A stretch of 64,000 bases of DNA from the human T2T-CHM13v2.0 reference genome, Homo sapiens: NCBI RefSeq assembly GCF_009914755.1, contig NC_060943.1; one strand, given 5' to 3'. Position 1 is the stretch's first letter. Each line of letters starts with the position of its first letter. A model generated the notes under the pieces. The model was not told the origin of the DNA. It was given only the letters and a program-made list of their open reading frames with translations, and searched no databases. Shown piece after piece: positions 13,724 through 26,809 of this stretch. Both the position numbers and the translations under genes were made by a program.

Positions 13724-14004
13724 GTTTTGGAGATATGGGATTCACAGTTTTAGGGATATGAGTCCCACAGTTTCTCCTCTTTAGAATTCGCTCTTTACTT
13801 GACCTCCCTTAGGCACACACAACATTTCCTCCATAAGAGATGTTCTCTGAGTCGCATCTGCATTTCCTAATATCTGGAAACCCCTCTGGGTCACCCTTCC
13901 CCTCAGTAACTTTGGGCCACCTCCTGGGCCCTGATGTGCAGGATCCAATCAGGCAGACGTGCAGTTTGCATTTTTAGAACCGGCCTATTCTGTTCCTTTG
14001 CCAT

Positions 14005-14216
14005 GCTGTGGCAAGCCCTTTCTGTAAAGGGCCAGATAGTAAATATTTTTGGCTCTGCAGGCCACACGGTCTCTGTTACAACTCAACTCTGCCATTGTAG
14101 GGCATGAATCGTGGGCCATATGTAAATGAAGAGGCATGGCTCTGTTCCAGTGACGCTATTTCAAAAACAGGCGATGGGCCTGGATGTGGCCCACTGGCCA
14201 TATTCCTGACCCCCGC
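14005..14216 (+). mobile_element. MER58A
   Basis: TTTCTGTAAAGGGCCAGATAGTAAATATTTTTGGCTCTGCAGGCCACACGGTCTCTGTTACAACTCAACTCTGCCATTGTAG. Confidence 0.88.
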
Positions 14217-15705
14217 CATCCACCAACATGGGTCGTTATCTCCTGATATCTGTAGGTCACTTTCACATATGTCTAGCTGAGGTACCCGGTGAGTATTTTA
14301 GAGCCCAGGGAACTCATCAGTGGCTGTGCTCATGCATAATTAGGTGGTGAAGCCAATGTGGTGATTTGAAGCTTCGTTATTTGCTCCCCTGATTTTATTC
14401 TCCAAGGATCTGTGAGTTCCTTGCGTGTCCTATTGATCACTTTTTCCCCAGCACCCCAGCACAGTGCCTGGCCCACAGTAGGTACTCAGTACTGATGAAA
14501 TACTTAAAAAAAATCTGATTATAATCTAATTATAATCAGGTAGAATTTAAAGTATAATATTCATTCAATACTTTTTCAGAAAGTGGTAACATCACTCTTG
14601 AATGGATAATGGAAATGTTGCTATTATCGGGCTGTCAGATGAAACAATAATTTATGTGAGTCTTGCAAATAGAGGAGGGGGAAATTATTTCCTGGCCCGC
14701 CCAAATTTGTTTCAGACACTTGAATGGATGAATGAGTAAATGGATGACGGCTTTTTTCCGACTTTCTTGGATTTTCCTGGGGCATGGAGAGCTGGAGTCT
14801 TGCCTCTCTTTCCTTTTCCACCTCACAGCACACGTCATTTTTTGATCATGAAATTTCTTTACCACCAAGATCAGGCAAAGCCTCAGAATCCTTGTCAACT
14901 CAGCTCCCTATGCAGGTACTCACAATCAGTCCAAGTTAACAAGTGCTGTGAAATGTCTTTGTTATCCCTAAACCAAATGTTTTCTTGAGCATCTACTATG
15001 TGCTCAGCATACATGAGGTTAGGCAAGATTAACCCAAAGTAGGGAGGTAACAAGGAACCATGGCACAGCCAGGGGTGTCAACATAAGTGCATGGGCACTC
15101 AGAGAGACCCCGAGACCTGGAAAGCGTGGGAAGTAATGGAATAATTCCAGTTCTTAGAGGACCCACTTTGTCTCAGGTCCTGTGCTACAGCTTTTATGTG
15201 CCCCACTGAATCACACAGCAGCCAATAAGCTAGGTCTCTCTCATTATCTAGAGAAGGAAACTGATGTTCTTAACATTCCTAGGAGCTGCAATTGACACCC
15301 AAGCCTTGGGACATGAAGCTGTGAAACCAGGGGAGATGAACTCAGGTGTGTTCTTAAGGATGCCAAGAGGAGGTAAACTAGTGGGCCTTACAGAAAGGAT
15401 AAGCTTTGTTGGAAAAGAATGTAATCTTTGGCCTATTTCATCAGTCTGAAATATGGGTGCACATGTTTAAATGGGTAGATGGGTGGGAGGGTAGATGGAT
15501 GGATGGATGGGGCCAGATAAGCTAAAGCATAGGGTTTGAGGTTGAGTTGGTAACACTAAGTCTGGAAAGATGAAATCTGATTATAAAGGGCCTTGAATGC
15601 CAATTTTTAGAACTCAGATTTATTCTGTAGTGGAGAATAGAGAGGCATGACAGTTTCAGTGGGGAGTACAATTATTGGTAAGATGCTTTAAAAGATGACT
15701 ATGGT

Positions 15706-16005
15706 GGCTGGGCACAGTGGCTCAGGCCTGTAATCCCAGCACTTTGGGAGGCCGAGGTGGGCGGATCACTTGAGGTCAGGAGTTTGAGATCAGCCTGGCC
15801 AACACGGTGAAACCCACCTCTACTAAAAACACAAAAACTATCCAGGCCTGGTCGCGCTTGCCTGTAATCCAAGACACTTGGGAGGCTGAGGCATGAAACT
15901 CACTTGAACCTGGGACGCAGAGGTTTCAGTGAGCTGAGATGGTACCACTGCACTCCAATCTGGGTGACAGAATGGAACTGTGTCTCGAAACAAACAAAGA
16001 ACAAG
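15706..16005 (+). mobile_element. AluS
   Basis: Full Alu; 14-bp TSD AAAGATGACTATGG at 15691-15704 and 16006-16019; flanks look like antisense L2. Confidence 0.95.
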
Positions 16006-16104
16006 AAAGATGACTATGGCCCCAGTGAGGAACATGGATTAAAAGGACAGGCTGGGGCACACAGCTCAGAGAGGTGATTGGGCACCAATAATCCCATCAA
16101 GAAG

Positions 16105-16350
16105 AGCTGCAAGTATATACTGGGGGCTTACCCTGCACCAGGCACCCTCCTAAGTGCTTCATGGGCATTTTCTCACTCAATTTGTGCAAGATCCTAAGAA
16201 GTAAGTGCGTGTTTATCATCCCCATGTTACACTGAGGAAGCTGAGGTGCAGAGAAGCTAAGTAATGTCCCCAAGTTGGTGCTTACAGTGAGCAGGTGGTC
16301 GAGCTGGGAGTCTCACGTGAGCGGCTGGCTCCAGAGTCCAGACCCTTGAC
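16105..16350 (-). mobile_element. MIR SINE
   Basis: ATCATCCCCATGTTACACTGAGGAAGCTGAGGTGCAGAGAAGCTAAGTAATGTCCCCAAG. Confidence 0.8.
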
Positions 16351-16714
16351 CCCGACACCTTTTTGGTGGTCAGGGACAGCCAGAGGTCTAGAGGACAGTA
16401 AAGGGGATAGGCATTGGAGCAACAGGAAAGAGAACGAGACCAGCCAGGTGGCTGTTTTAGAGCTTCTCAGGCCATCGACCCAGAACATCGCACTATTGCC
16501 CATGGAAGCTGAATGCCCCGCTGTTCCTGCACTGCGAATTCTGGGGACGCGCTGTTGACCTGGACCCCTGAGAGAAACCCAACAAGAGCCCCTGGAAGGA
16601 TAGAAATCTCAGGTATGCAGGATTGCATACTTATTCATTAATAACCAAAGAAAGAAACACTAATATTTCTTTATAAACGTGAAATGTTAGACACTGTTCT
16701 AAATATTTCCCTGG

Positions 16715-16805
16715 CAGCCACCTACAGCCTAGCACAGTGCTTGGCACAGAGCACACACTCCATACACATTTGTTGAATAAATGAATGAATGGTGAGTGAA
16801 TGAAG
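16715..16805 (+). mobile_element. L2 3' end
   Basis: CAGCCTAGCACAGTGCTTGGCACAGAGC...CATTTGTTGAATAAATGAATGAAT. Confidence 0.8.
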
Positions 16806-19800
16806 GAGCACTGTGCTAGGAGCCAGAGCCTCGGGTCCCAGTCTGAGCTTCTCCATCCTCCTGTTTGATAGAGCTTACACAAGTCACACCGACCTCTCTG
16901 GACCTCAGTTTTGGCAGAATGATGGGCGAGTGAGCCAGGGAATTCAAAGATTTTAAGGACGCTGCGTGCATGAAGGCTCCTGTTCCAGCAGCTCTCCCCG
17001 GGGTGAGGTGCAGCTCCCACCAAGCTCTCCTCCTTTCCCCCCTTTGTGGCTGCTGCGGTGGTTTTCCCTCTCTGCAACAGGACATCAAATGGTTAATACA
17101 CCACCCATCGTCTTTGATTTATGAAGTGGCCGATTGGACCAGGAAACACAACACAGACAGCCTTCTCACTTGCAGGGGAGACCCCAGAGAGCAGTAATTC
17201 TGTGCATAAAAGCGAGCGGCAGCCTCGGGCCTCAGTGGTGGTGGAAAGCCCACCCTGCCGAGCCCGTCCCGGGGATGATGCCAGGGCCGGCGTTTGTTCC
17301 TGCTCTGTGCAGGGACAGAGGCGGCTTTGTCACCTGGCCCCTGTCGTCCACCCAGCCCCGGAATCTCCGCTGCCCAGCCTTTGCCCTGAGAACTGAAGTG
17401 CAGCCCTGCCCCGGTCACCGCTTAGCGGTTCCTTTCAGCGTCTGCCAATCTATCAAGATTCAGCTACCGCTGTGAACCCATCAACTCCATGGAAAGGAAA
17501 AAAGGAACCCTCACCACAGCAATTATTTATCCTGGCCTGAACTTCAGGTGACCTTTCCCAGGTCCACAGAAGTTGCAGATGGGAGCACCTTGGTGTGTAG
17601 GATTTTTTCCCCACTGTGTCCTTTTAAAAAACACATTTTTTTTCATGACATGAACCTCTTTTGCAAAATTTTCTTTTGCAAAAAGATCTTTGGGTGGTCT
17701 ATAAGACCACAACAGGGGTGGAACATTGGCCTACCTAGAGCACAGATTGGATGTAAACGAAGTCATCCAAAGATAAAATAAACGAAGAAACAAAAACTGT
17801 GACCTCATGGGGATGGTTTCAGAGAAGACCCGAGTGCAGCTCACCCACAGGCCAGCTCAGCCCTCGGACAAAAATAAGGGGCTGTTCTGCACCAAAGGCT
17901 CTGCCCTGACCCGGGGAGATCCAATATTGTAAACTCTGTGGGTGGGTATTTGTGTGTGTCCCCGAATCAGAGAAAAATCCAGGCCATAACAAGGACTATG
18001 CAGGGTGTAACTCCCCGTGTAAATTTAAAGTGACCTAAGGGACATAATTACATAAATCTCATCATGAGACAATATACTTTTTATTTGTTTGAATTTTATT
18101 TGTATTGGTAAAACTGACCTGAAACTGACACAAGTTTATTAGAAAAAGGACTCTGTAAAAGCAAGTGGGCTGGTCTTCTTATTTAAGATGGATGTGCCGA
18201 CTTCTAGTATGATTAGAGAAATGGATAACTCACTAACATCTGTGCAAACTACAATAAAAAGGGATTTAGTGTTACCCCAAGGAAGGCAAGAGAGGCTGTC
18301 TGTCCATTAAACGCTTTATTACAGCGCCAGCAGCTTTTTTCTAATTCAGTTATTCCTGCACAGCGTTCAGCACTCTGACTGCCTGTCAACCCACCAGACA
18401 GTGCTCGGGGCTGGGAGGTTTTGTGCAAGGTAGGTGACAATCAAATGAGCCACTGAGAAGAGAGGGGAGCCTGACCCTCGTGAAGGATTAACTACAGAAA
18501 GTGAGTGTGATCATGTCACACCATTACTTAGAATTTTCACAGTCAATTTCTGAAAATATGAGATAAGTTCTTAAAGAGGCAGTTGTCTCAGGAGCTAAGC
18601 AGACCCAGTGTGGTTTTGTTCCATGTGACAGGGCAGGGAGCCTGGAGAAAGAGTAGGGACTTCGAGGGAGAGGGAACAGGTGGCATCAGCACTGTGCCTA
18701 TCCTCTGTAGGGCATTCTAGAGCCAGGCCTTGGAGCAACTGGCTCCCAGGAAGGCTGCAGCCAAGAAGGGAGAGGATGGAGAGATGCCTTCTGGGACCAA
18801 GATGCCATATATCCCTCCTCCACTGGATGCTGGAATCCAGCCTCTCCTGGGGTCAACTGGGCTAATGAACATGACCCTTTGGTGATCATATTAGGCTTTG
18901 GGTTCACAGGAAGCCTGTCTAGGGCAGTCAAGATGCCGGTGCTGGGATGAAATGTCCATCTTCTATCACTCCTTTTCACCCCTGCAACTGCTACAACCAA
19001 TATCATCATAAGCTTCCCCAAAAGACTATATGCCCCTACGGCATGCAAAAAGATCCAGTCCCACAGGAGCTCACAAGCCACATGCTTAAGAAAAGTACTA
19101 TATGCTCAACACAAATATACTTGAGATATATATTTTCAAAGCCTGGCAAAGGTAGATGACAGTACAAGGAAGCATGGCACATTTTGGGGCCAGAGATGAG
19201 TCTGTCCCTCATTTATAGATGGCAGATCTTTAACACAAAAAGGGGAAGGCTCCACCCAGAGCACACGCAATCTTTGGGAAGTGGAGCTGAGACCGGAGCC
19301 CCATGTTCCTGATCTCCTGACCAACAGAAGTTATGCTACAGGGCTTCACGCAGTAGGGCTTTTTGAGAAGATGGACTGGAAATGTGATTTCTTCCTTTGC
19401 ATCTATATATTTAAATGAGAAAAGTAAACCACAAACCTCTAAGCTTGGTTCTGCTAAAGTAATTTAACATCTGCTGCCACCTGAATGTAATTGAAACAAT
19501 TCATTATCAAATTTACTGATCTGCTTAATGATTTTGTATTTCTCTTTCAAAATCACCTTCCTCCTAAGCTAGCCTAGGTAAATTACCCTTTGCTTCAAAT
19601 CTGAGAGATTGAAGGGACCTGGGAGAACATCCAATTCAAGCCCCCTCACTTTAAAAATGGTGTAACAGTGTTTTGTGTGTCCATGGTGAGGTTGCAGACC
19701 TTTATCGAGGTCACAGAGCAAGTCCAGCAAGAGTTGAACACAGGCTGCCAGAATTCCACCCTTGTCTCATTCCGAGATTGTGTGCTGAGGGTTTTCAACT

Positions 19801-21434
19801 GCATCTCTAAAGGGAAGGCCAAAGAAAGAGCAACAGGAAAGGATGGTAAAAAGGGGGTAGAAAGGAAGAAGGAAGGGAAGAAAAAAGGGAAAACAGCAAG
19901 CTCTCTTTCCAGAGCCACACATTTTTTTCTGTTTGCTCAGTGGCAGTCTGTTAAAGAAATACTTCATTGTCACTGAACACAGAGTCATTAAAGGCACCTT
20001 GGAAATTTGGACCCTTTTACTAGAATCAGGGCTTAAATAGCAACTTAATTTATGACACTTCTCGAGGCTGATGGCGTTTTTGCTCTAAGGTAAGGTCATC
20101 TCAGTATATACCCCTCCCGTCGCTTCCCTTTAGAACACGCAGAGGCGTTTCCTCTTTACTTTCAAGTTACTGATTATTCAACTGCTCAAATGTAAGTCAC
20201 ATATGTATGTAGGCACGTTTGAGTCCACGGTGTGTTTCTAAAAGAGAGCTCTTTTATATCTGCCTGTAAAAGAGGAGAGCTCAAAGATGGGGGAACCCAC
20301 AAATAAGCAAGTGAATAATTAGATCAGAGATAGATGCCACCTTTTCTCAGTGTTAAAACTGTGAGGGGAAAAAGTACTCGTGCATAATTGACATAATTGA
20401 TCTAGTATTTTTTTTTCCTTTTTGCTGCAGTAATTTTTATGCATGCCATTGTTGCTGTTATTATCCAAGATGTGATCTTGCGTGGTTGATAATACAGGCT
20501 AGATATGAATACGCGTACGCACCAGCCAATCACAAATCTATAGTGTCTATTTCTGCATCACCAGGTGCTATCTCATGGGAAATATCCTCTTTTTTGGCAG
20601 GCACACAGAGCACTGCATTATCTGTCATTTTCATTAGATTCAAGCTACAGCTGGGCCAAAAAGACTTAGTTCTAGCATATGTGCTCAAAATGGCCAAGCT
20701 GCGATTGTCCAAATTCACCCTTTCAAGATTGCATTACTGAACAACTGGAGCCAAAGCTAGAAATTGGAGAGAGCAAAGCGCCTGAATTCCACTTGGAAAA
20801 TGGCAAACACCATAGGCTCTGAAGATTGAAGCGTATTATCATGACTAACTCAAAGGGTCAGAGGAGACACTGGCTTCCACCAGCAAGCTCAACGTCTTTT
20901 GGCACATCTGAGGTGGGGATGGAAGCTGCAAGAGCCTAGATTTTGACACCACTTAACAAAGAAAAGCCAATGTCTTTCATTCCCCTCTGTGCCTTTCAGT
21001 ATACCTTGGCCATGTGGAATGCAATAGGTTCTGTACCCAGGTCTTGACCTGGGCCAGCTGGTCTTGAGCCCCGTAGGACGTAGTCTGTGGCCTGCTGCAT
21101 ACTTGGATAGTGTGGGGTGTATAAAAAGCAACTCATCCTGAGGGAGAAAAGCATCCAACTGTCATAAGCTTGAGTCTCCATGCAAGTCTCCACTATTTTA
21201 TAAATTCAGTTCTTTATGTGAACATGCGAAGAAGACATATTGAAAAATTAGCCCCACAAAGAAATAAATACAAAAATCCCCACTCCAGGTTGCTGGAAAT
21301 GGGAGAACCACAGGGCTGGGGAAGATGGTCACTCCACCCAGTGGACTTCATGTTATTTGAAGCAGACATTGAAAAAAAAAAGAGAGAGAGAGAGAGAGAC
21401 TAGTTGTTCAAGCAGAGAAAAAGAAAGTAAAAAG

Positions 21435-21910
21435 GCCAGTGGGAATGTAAAATAGTGCAGCCACTGTGGAAACAGTACAGGGGTTCCTCAAAATATTAAA
21501 CATAGAATAACCATATGACCCAGCAACTCCGCTATTGGGTCTATACCCTGAAGAATTGAAGAGATACTTGTACACCCATGTTCATAGCAGCATTATTCAC
21601 AATAACCAAAGTGGAAGCAACTCAAGTGTTCATTGGTAGATGAATAAATGAATAAATAGGCAAAATGCCATAGAGACAAAGTAGAACAGCACTCCCAAGG
21701 GCTGAGAAGAAGGGGGAATGGAGAATTACTGTTTAATTCAGGGTTACTGGTACAGGGTTCCAGCTGGGGAAGATGAAAGGATTCTGGAGATGGATGGCAG
21801 TAATGATTATACAACAATATGAATGCACTTAATACCACTGAGTTGTACACTTAAAAATGGTTAAAATGGCAAATTTCTTATTATGTGTGTTCTACCACAA
21901 TGAAAAAAAA
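21435..21910 (+). mobile_element. L1MB-like 3' end with internal deletion
   Basis: GGGAATGTAAAATAGTGCAGCCACTGTGGAAAC...CATATGACCCAGCAACTCC...GTACACTTAAAAATGGTTAAAATGG...ACCACAATGAAAAAAAA. Confidence 0.88.
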
Positions 21911-22391
21911 GGAGGTTTGTGTCTGGTCCTGGAGACACAGACTCCCTGAGTCTGTGCCGCAGCAACACCGAGCAATGCTGTGATCTTCCAGAATGCCAGT
22001 AAGGGTGAGCCCTTGGCCATGTGTCCTTTGAGCGATGTGCAAAGTTCCAAAGACAGAAGGAATATCTGGGATTTGGTTATGAGGATATATGCTGCCCTAG
22101 AATTGTCCCAGGTTTTCATGCCAGGGTGGAGACCTCACACACCATGGTGGCAGGGGATTTCTGCAGGGAGAAGTCTGCTGACAAACCCATCTTATGGGTT
22201 CTGGCATCTTGGCCACAGACAGCAGTCAGCTGTTTTTCATCTGCACTGCTAATAGGGTCTAGCTGAATGGCTAACAAGCAAGGTGAAATGTAGCATGAAT
22301 GTTTTGAAAGCCATGGAGCCTCACTTTGGGTTCAGGAGTAGCAAAACTAGCAAGAAGGTCACTGTTGCTGATTGGGGACAAATGTGATGAG

Positions 22392-22741
22392 TGTTGGGGG
22401 CTTAAACAACAGGGATGTATTTTCTCACAGTTCAGGAGGCTGCAAGTTGGAGATCAGGGTGACAGCATGATCAGGTTCGGGTGAGGGCTCTCTTCCTGAC
22501 TTGCAGACAAGCACCTCCCTGGTGAGTCCTCACATAGGGATTGATGGGGGAAACAGAGCTCTGGTAGTCTCTTCCTCTCCTTATAAGGGCACTAATCTCA
22601 TCATCAGGGCCCTACCCTCATTACCTTATCTAAACCTAATCGCCTCACAAAGGTCCCATTCTCCAAATTCCATCATGTTGAGGTGTAGGGCCTCAACATA
22701 TGATTTGGGGGTTTGGGGGGACCTACATTCAGCCCATAACA
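22392..22741 (-). mobile_element. MLT1A-like MaLR LTR
   Basis: GGCTTAAACAACAG...TCTCACAGTT...TTATAAGGGCACTAATC...CATTCAGCCCATAACA. Confidence 0.87.
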
Positions 22742-23500
22742 AATGTGACTCTTACCTTCACCAAACCATTCTTCCTGCAGCTAAAGAGAGCATCCCACAT
22801 CTACATGCTCTTGGGTCCTGTGGTCCATCTGTTCTCATTAGCTGTAATTCTTTGGGTTCCATATTTCTCTCATACCCTTCCAAGTCCAGCTAGACTGCAA
22901 GCATCAGTTTATGAATAGGAAATTAAAAGTAACCTACAAAACACCTGATTTTGAAAAGATGTTTCCCCACAGGGGCCCTGTTGTCTATTAATTGTAGTGC
23001 TTTAAAACAAAGTAAATATTTTTTTGTTGTTAAAAGAAATTTCTTCTTGCATTTTCTTTCCATTATCACCCCATTAATGGAGACGAGGTAAGGCAATCTG
23101 AAAACATTTGAGTCAGAGAATATACAAACAAACTTTCAAACTGTCTTTCAGCAAGTGAGGCTAAAGTTATTGAATATGCAAATTGGCTTATTAAAAGAAG
23201 AATGATGTCTTTTTCAGCAATCAGTTTAATTACAGTGGAACCCTTCAATGGAGAAATCAACTTGTTTCTTAGAGTAGAAATTCTTTAGAAAGGGAATTTA
23301 GGTATAACAGATCAAAATTAGAAAATTTACACTTGGTGGGAAAAATGGTCTCAGTAAAGAAAAATGTACACTTGGTAGAAAAAATGAGGTGGTGGGGGAA
23401 GAGGAAGAGAGATGCCAGTACCCCGCTTGGTAGCCTTGCCTGGGTCTCTGAGCCCCAGGCTATTTGTTTGCCATTGTCCTGCTCTACAGCTTGAAGGCGG

Positions 23501-23919
23501 TGTTACCAAAATGCCAGGGGTTTGGTCTAGATCACGTCGCTCCCTGCACAGAAAGACAATCACTGAGACAATGAGTATTGCCAGGGAAGAAGACTTTATT
23601 CAGATGATGCAGCCCAGGAGATGGGAGATGAGTCCCAAATCCATCTTCCCAACTGATTCAAATTAGGGGTTTATATAGCAGGGAAGAAATGTAACTATGT
23701 GTGGGAAAACTGAAATTAGGGAGCAGTCTGGAATCTCAGAGTTTGGATGTGGTGATACTATCTAGAAGCCAGAGAATCAGTTTCCTGAGAAAAGGACTCA
23801 GCTCATACAAAGATAAATTTCAAGCTTTAAGACAGGGAGGGTGAATTTCTATGTTTATTCAAAAAAGAAAAAAAAAAACCCATAAACCTCAGTTCTATGG
23901 GACAATTAGGCCTGTTTCA
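23501..23919 (-). mobile_element. ERV1 (MER4-group) solo LTR; subfamily not assigned
   Basis: TG...CA termini; reverse strand TGAAACAGGCCTAATTGTCCCATAGAACTGAGGTTTATGG...CTGCTATATAAACCCC (TATA)...AATAAAGTC...GGTAACA. Confidence 0.8.
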
Positions 23920-24419
23920 AAAGAAAAGATATAATGGCCTATAAAAGGTATTTATGCCCAATAACTAAGGCCTCATACTCCCTGTGGGGTAGGAGTGGAT
24001 TTTTTTAGGGTTGGGCCCATGTGCACCAGGACCAGAATTAATGTGATGTCAGTATTGAGAAGGCCTTCCATCAGAGCCCTGTCCATTCTGCCCCAGGCCT
24101 TTCCCTTTCCCCTCAGAGGCCAGAGTTCCCTGCCCAGTGTCCCATTTCTCCAAAATCTTCTCCCCGCTCAGGTATTAGAGATCTGAGTAACCATGCAAGC
24201 CTCTCCTCAGTGAAGACCCATTTGTTCATTCCAGGCCTTATAGGTCTGTTTTAATGGAGGGTCCCGTGGTTGGGGGGATACTGGTCCTTCAAGAGACACC
24301 AAAACAACCATGACAACTGAGAAAGATCTCTGGAGAGACCTGGTCTGGAGGTACACTTCACCCATGTCCCACCCTCAGCTACCTCCATATCATAGTGCCC
24401 TTGGAAGGGCGGCCGACCA

Positions 24420-24610
24420 AGATTTAGGGCAGAGGTTTGAAGTCACACTTTTTGGGTTGACTCTCTGCTACTGACAGCATCAACTTAGTGACAACCAGCA
24501 AGTTGTAGATCCTCTCTATGCCTCAATGTGCTCATCTGTAAAATGGGGGCGATAACACTGTCTGTCTAATAGGATGGGTTTGAAATGTACAGAGAAAATC
24601 AGGCAAAAAT
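24420..24610 (+). mobile_element. MIR SINE
   Basis: CCTCTCTATGCCTCAATGTGCTCATCTGTAAAATGGGG. Confidence 0.7.
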
Positions 24611-24799
24611 TTGGTATAATATTTGTCCCACTGCAAACATTCCTTCAATAGTCATGGTGGTGGCAGCAGTACAAATCTCCCATGTACACTGCTTTGTTAC
24701 CTTAGCTTTCACACAAGTCTGAAATGCAAAACATGCAATTCACACATACTCAAGAAATGCACAGGCAAGTGTTCCTTCAGTAAACTTCAAATTCTTCAG

Positions 24800-25560
24800 C
24801 AGAGAACACACGCCAACAGTGAACAAAACTGGGAAAACAATCCCTATACTTTAACGTTCTAGTGGAAAGACAAACAATAAATAAAAAGCATCATGAACAT
24901 AAAGATCATATTTTATTTCAGAAGTATCTGCAGGGAACAGAAGAATAGAACAAAGTAAAGTGGTCAGAAGACCTGAAGCAAGCTAAGCAGTTGGCAGCGG
25001 CAATGTAAATAGGATGAACAAGATCAGGCTCATTGAGGAGAGGTTGAGCAAGGATTTTAAAATGGAGGGAGCCATGGAAATCTAGAAGAAGAGAATCTTA
25101 GGGAGAGAGGCAAAGGCCCTGGGGCAGAAGTGGGCCTGACCTGTTCCTGGCACAGCAGTAGGTCAGTGGGAATACAAGGAGGGAGTGGCAGGAGTTGGGA
25201 AAAAACACCCAAGATAGGGACAGAAGGTGATGGGGCTAGATCATGTAGGGTCTCAGAGCCACCATAAGGGCTCTAGCTCATGCTTAGATGAAATGGCAGT
25301 CCTTTGTAGGGCTCTTGAGCTGAGAAGTAGTATTAATTATCTGACTCTTATTTGAAAAGGAAGATCCAATGACCATGTGGTGGGTCACTTGGGATGGGGC
25401 ACACATAGCCTGGAGGTGAGGGACCAAGCTGGTAGCAGCAGTTGTGGATGCGAGAATATTCTAAATGTGGAAATATTCTAAAGGCAATCCAACAGGCTTA
25501 CCTCACAGATTAGATGTGGGGTCTGAGAGATACAGAGGAGACAAGATGACTTCCAGATTG
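24800..25560 (-). mobile_element. L2 LINE fragment
   Basis: GCAAAGGCCCTGGGGCAGAAG...AGATCATGTAGGGTCT...CAGATTAGATGTGGGG...AAGATGACTTCCAG antisense L2 motifs. Confidence 0.72.
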
Positions 25561-25984
25561 CATTTAATTAATGCAAAGTAGTTTGTAAACAAGGAATCCC
25601 TGACTACCTTGTTTGTTGTGAAAAACAATAAATCTACATTTACTCTCAATTGCTAAGTGCTTACCTATAGTGTTTAACTCAGTACAAAAGACTATACTGC
25701 ACATTTAAAAATGAGGTCACATTAAGAATATGTCATCTATGCCTCAGGTGAGGAATATGCTCAGATGAGGACATTCTGGGCATCAGGTGGTAAATGGAAA
25801 GCACTCATAAGTATTTTACTTCTGTCTGTTTCTTGAAAAAATATGTTCCCATCCCAGGGCATTTGCACATGCTATGGTTTGCACCTAAAATGTTCTTTTC
25901 TAAGAGCTTTGAACATCTGGCTGTTTCTCCTCATCAGCTCAATTATTTCCTCCAACCTGGCCACTCTCTCCCACCGGATCCTGT

Positions 25985-26809
<825 letters not shown>

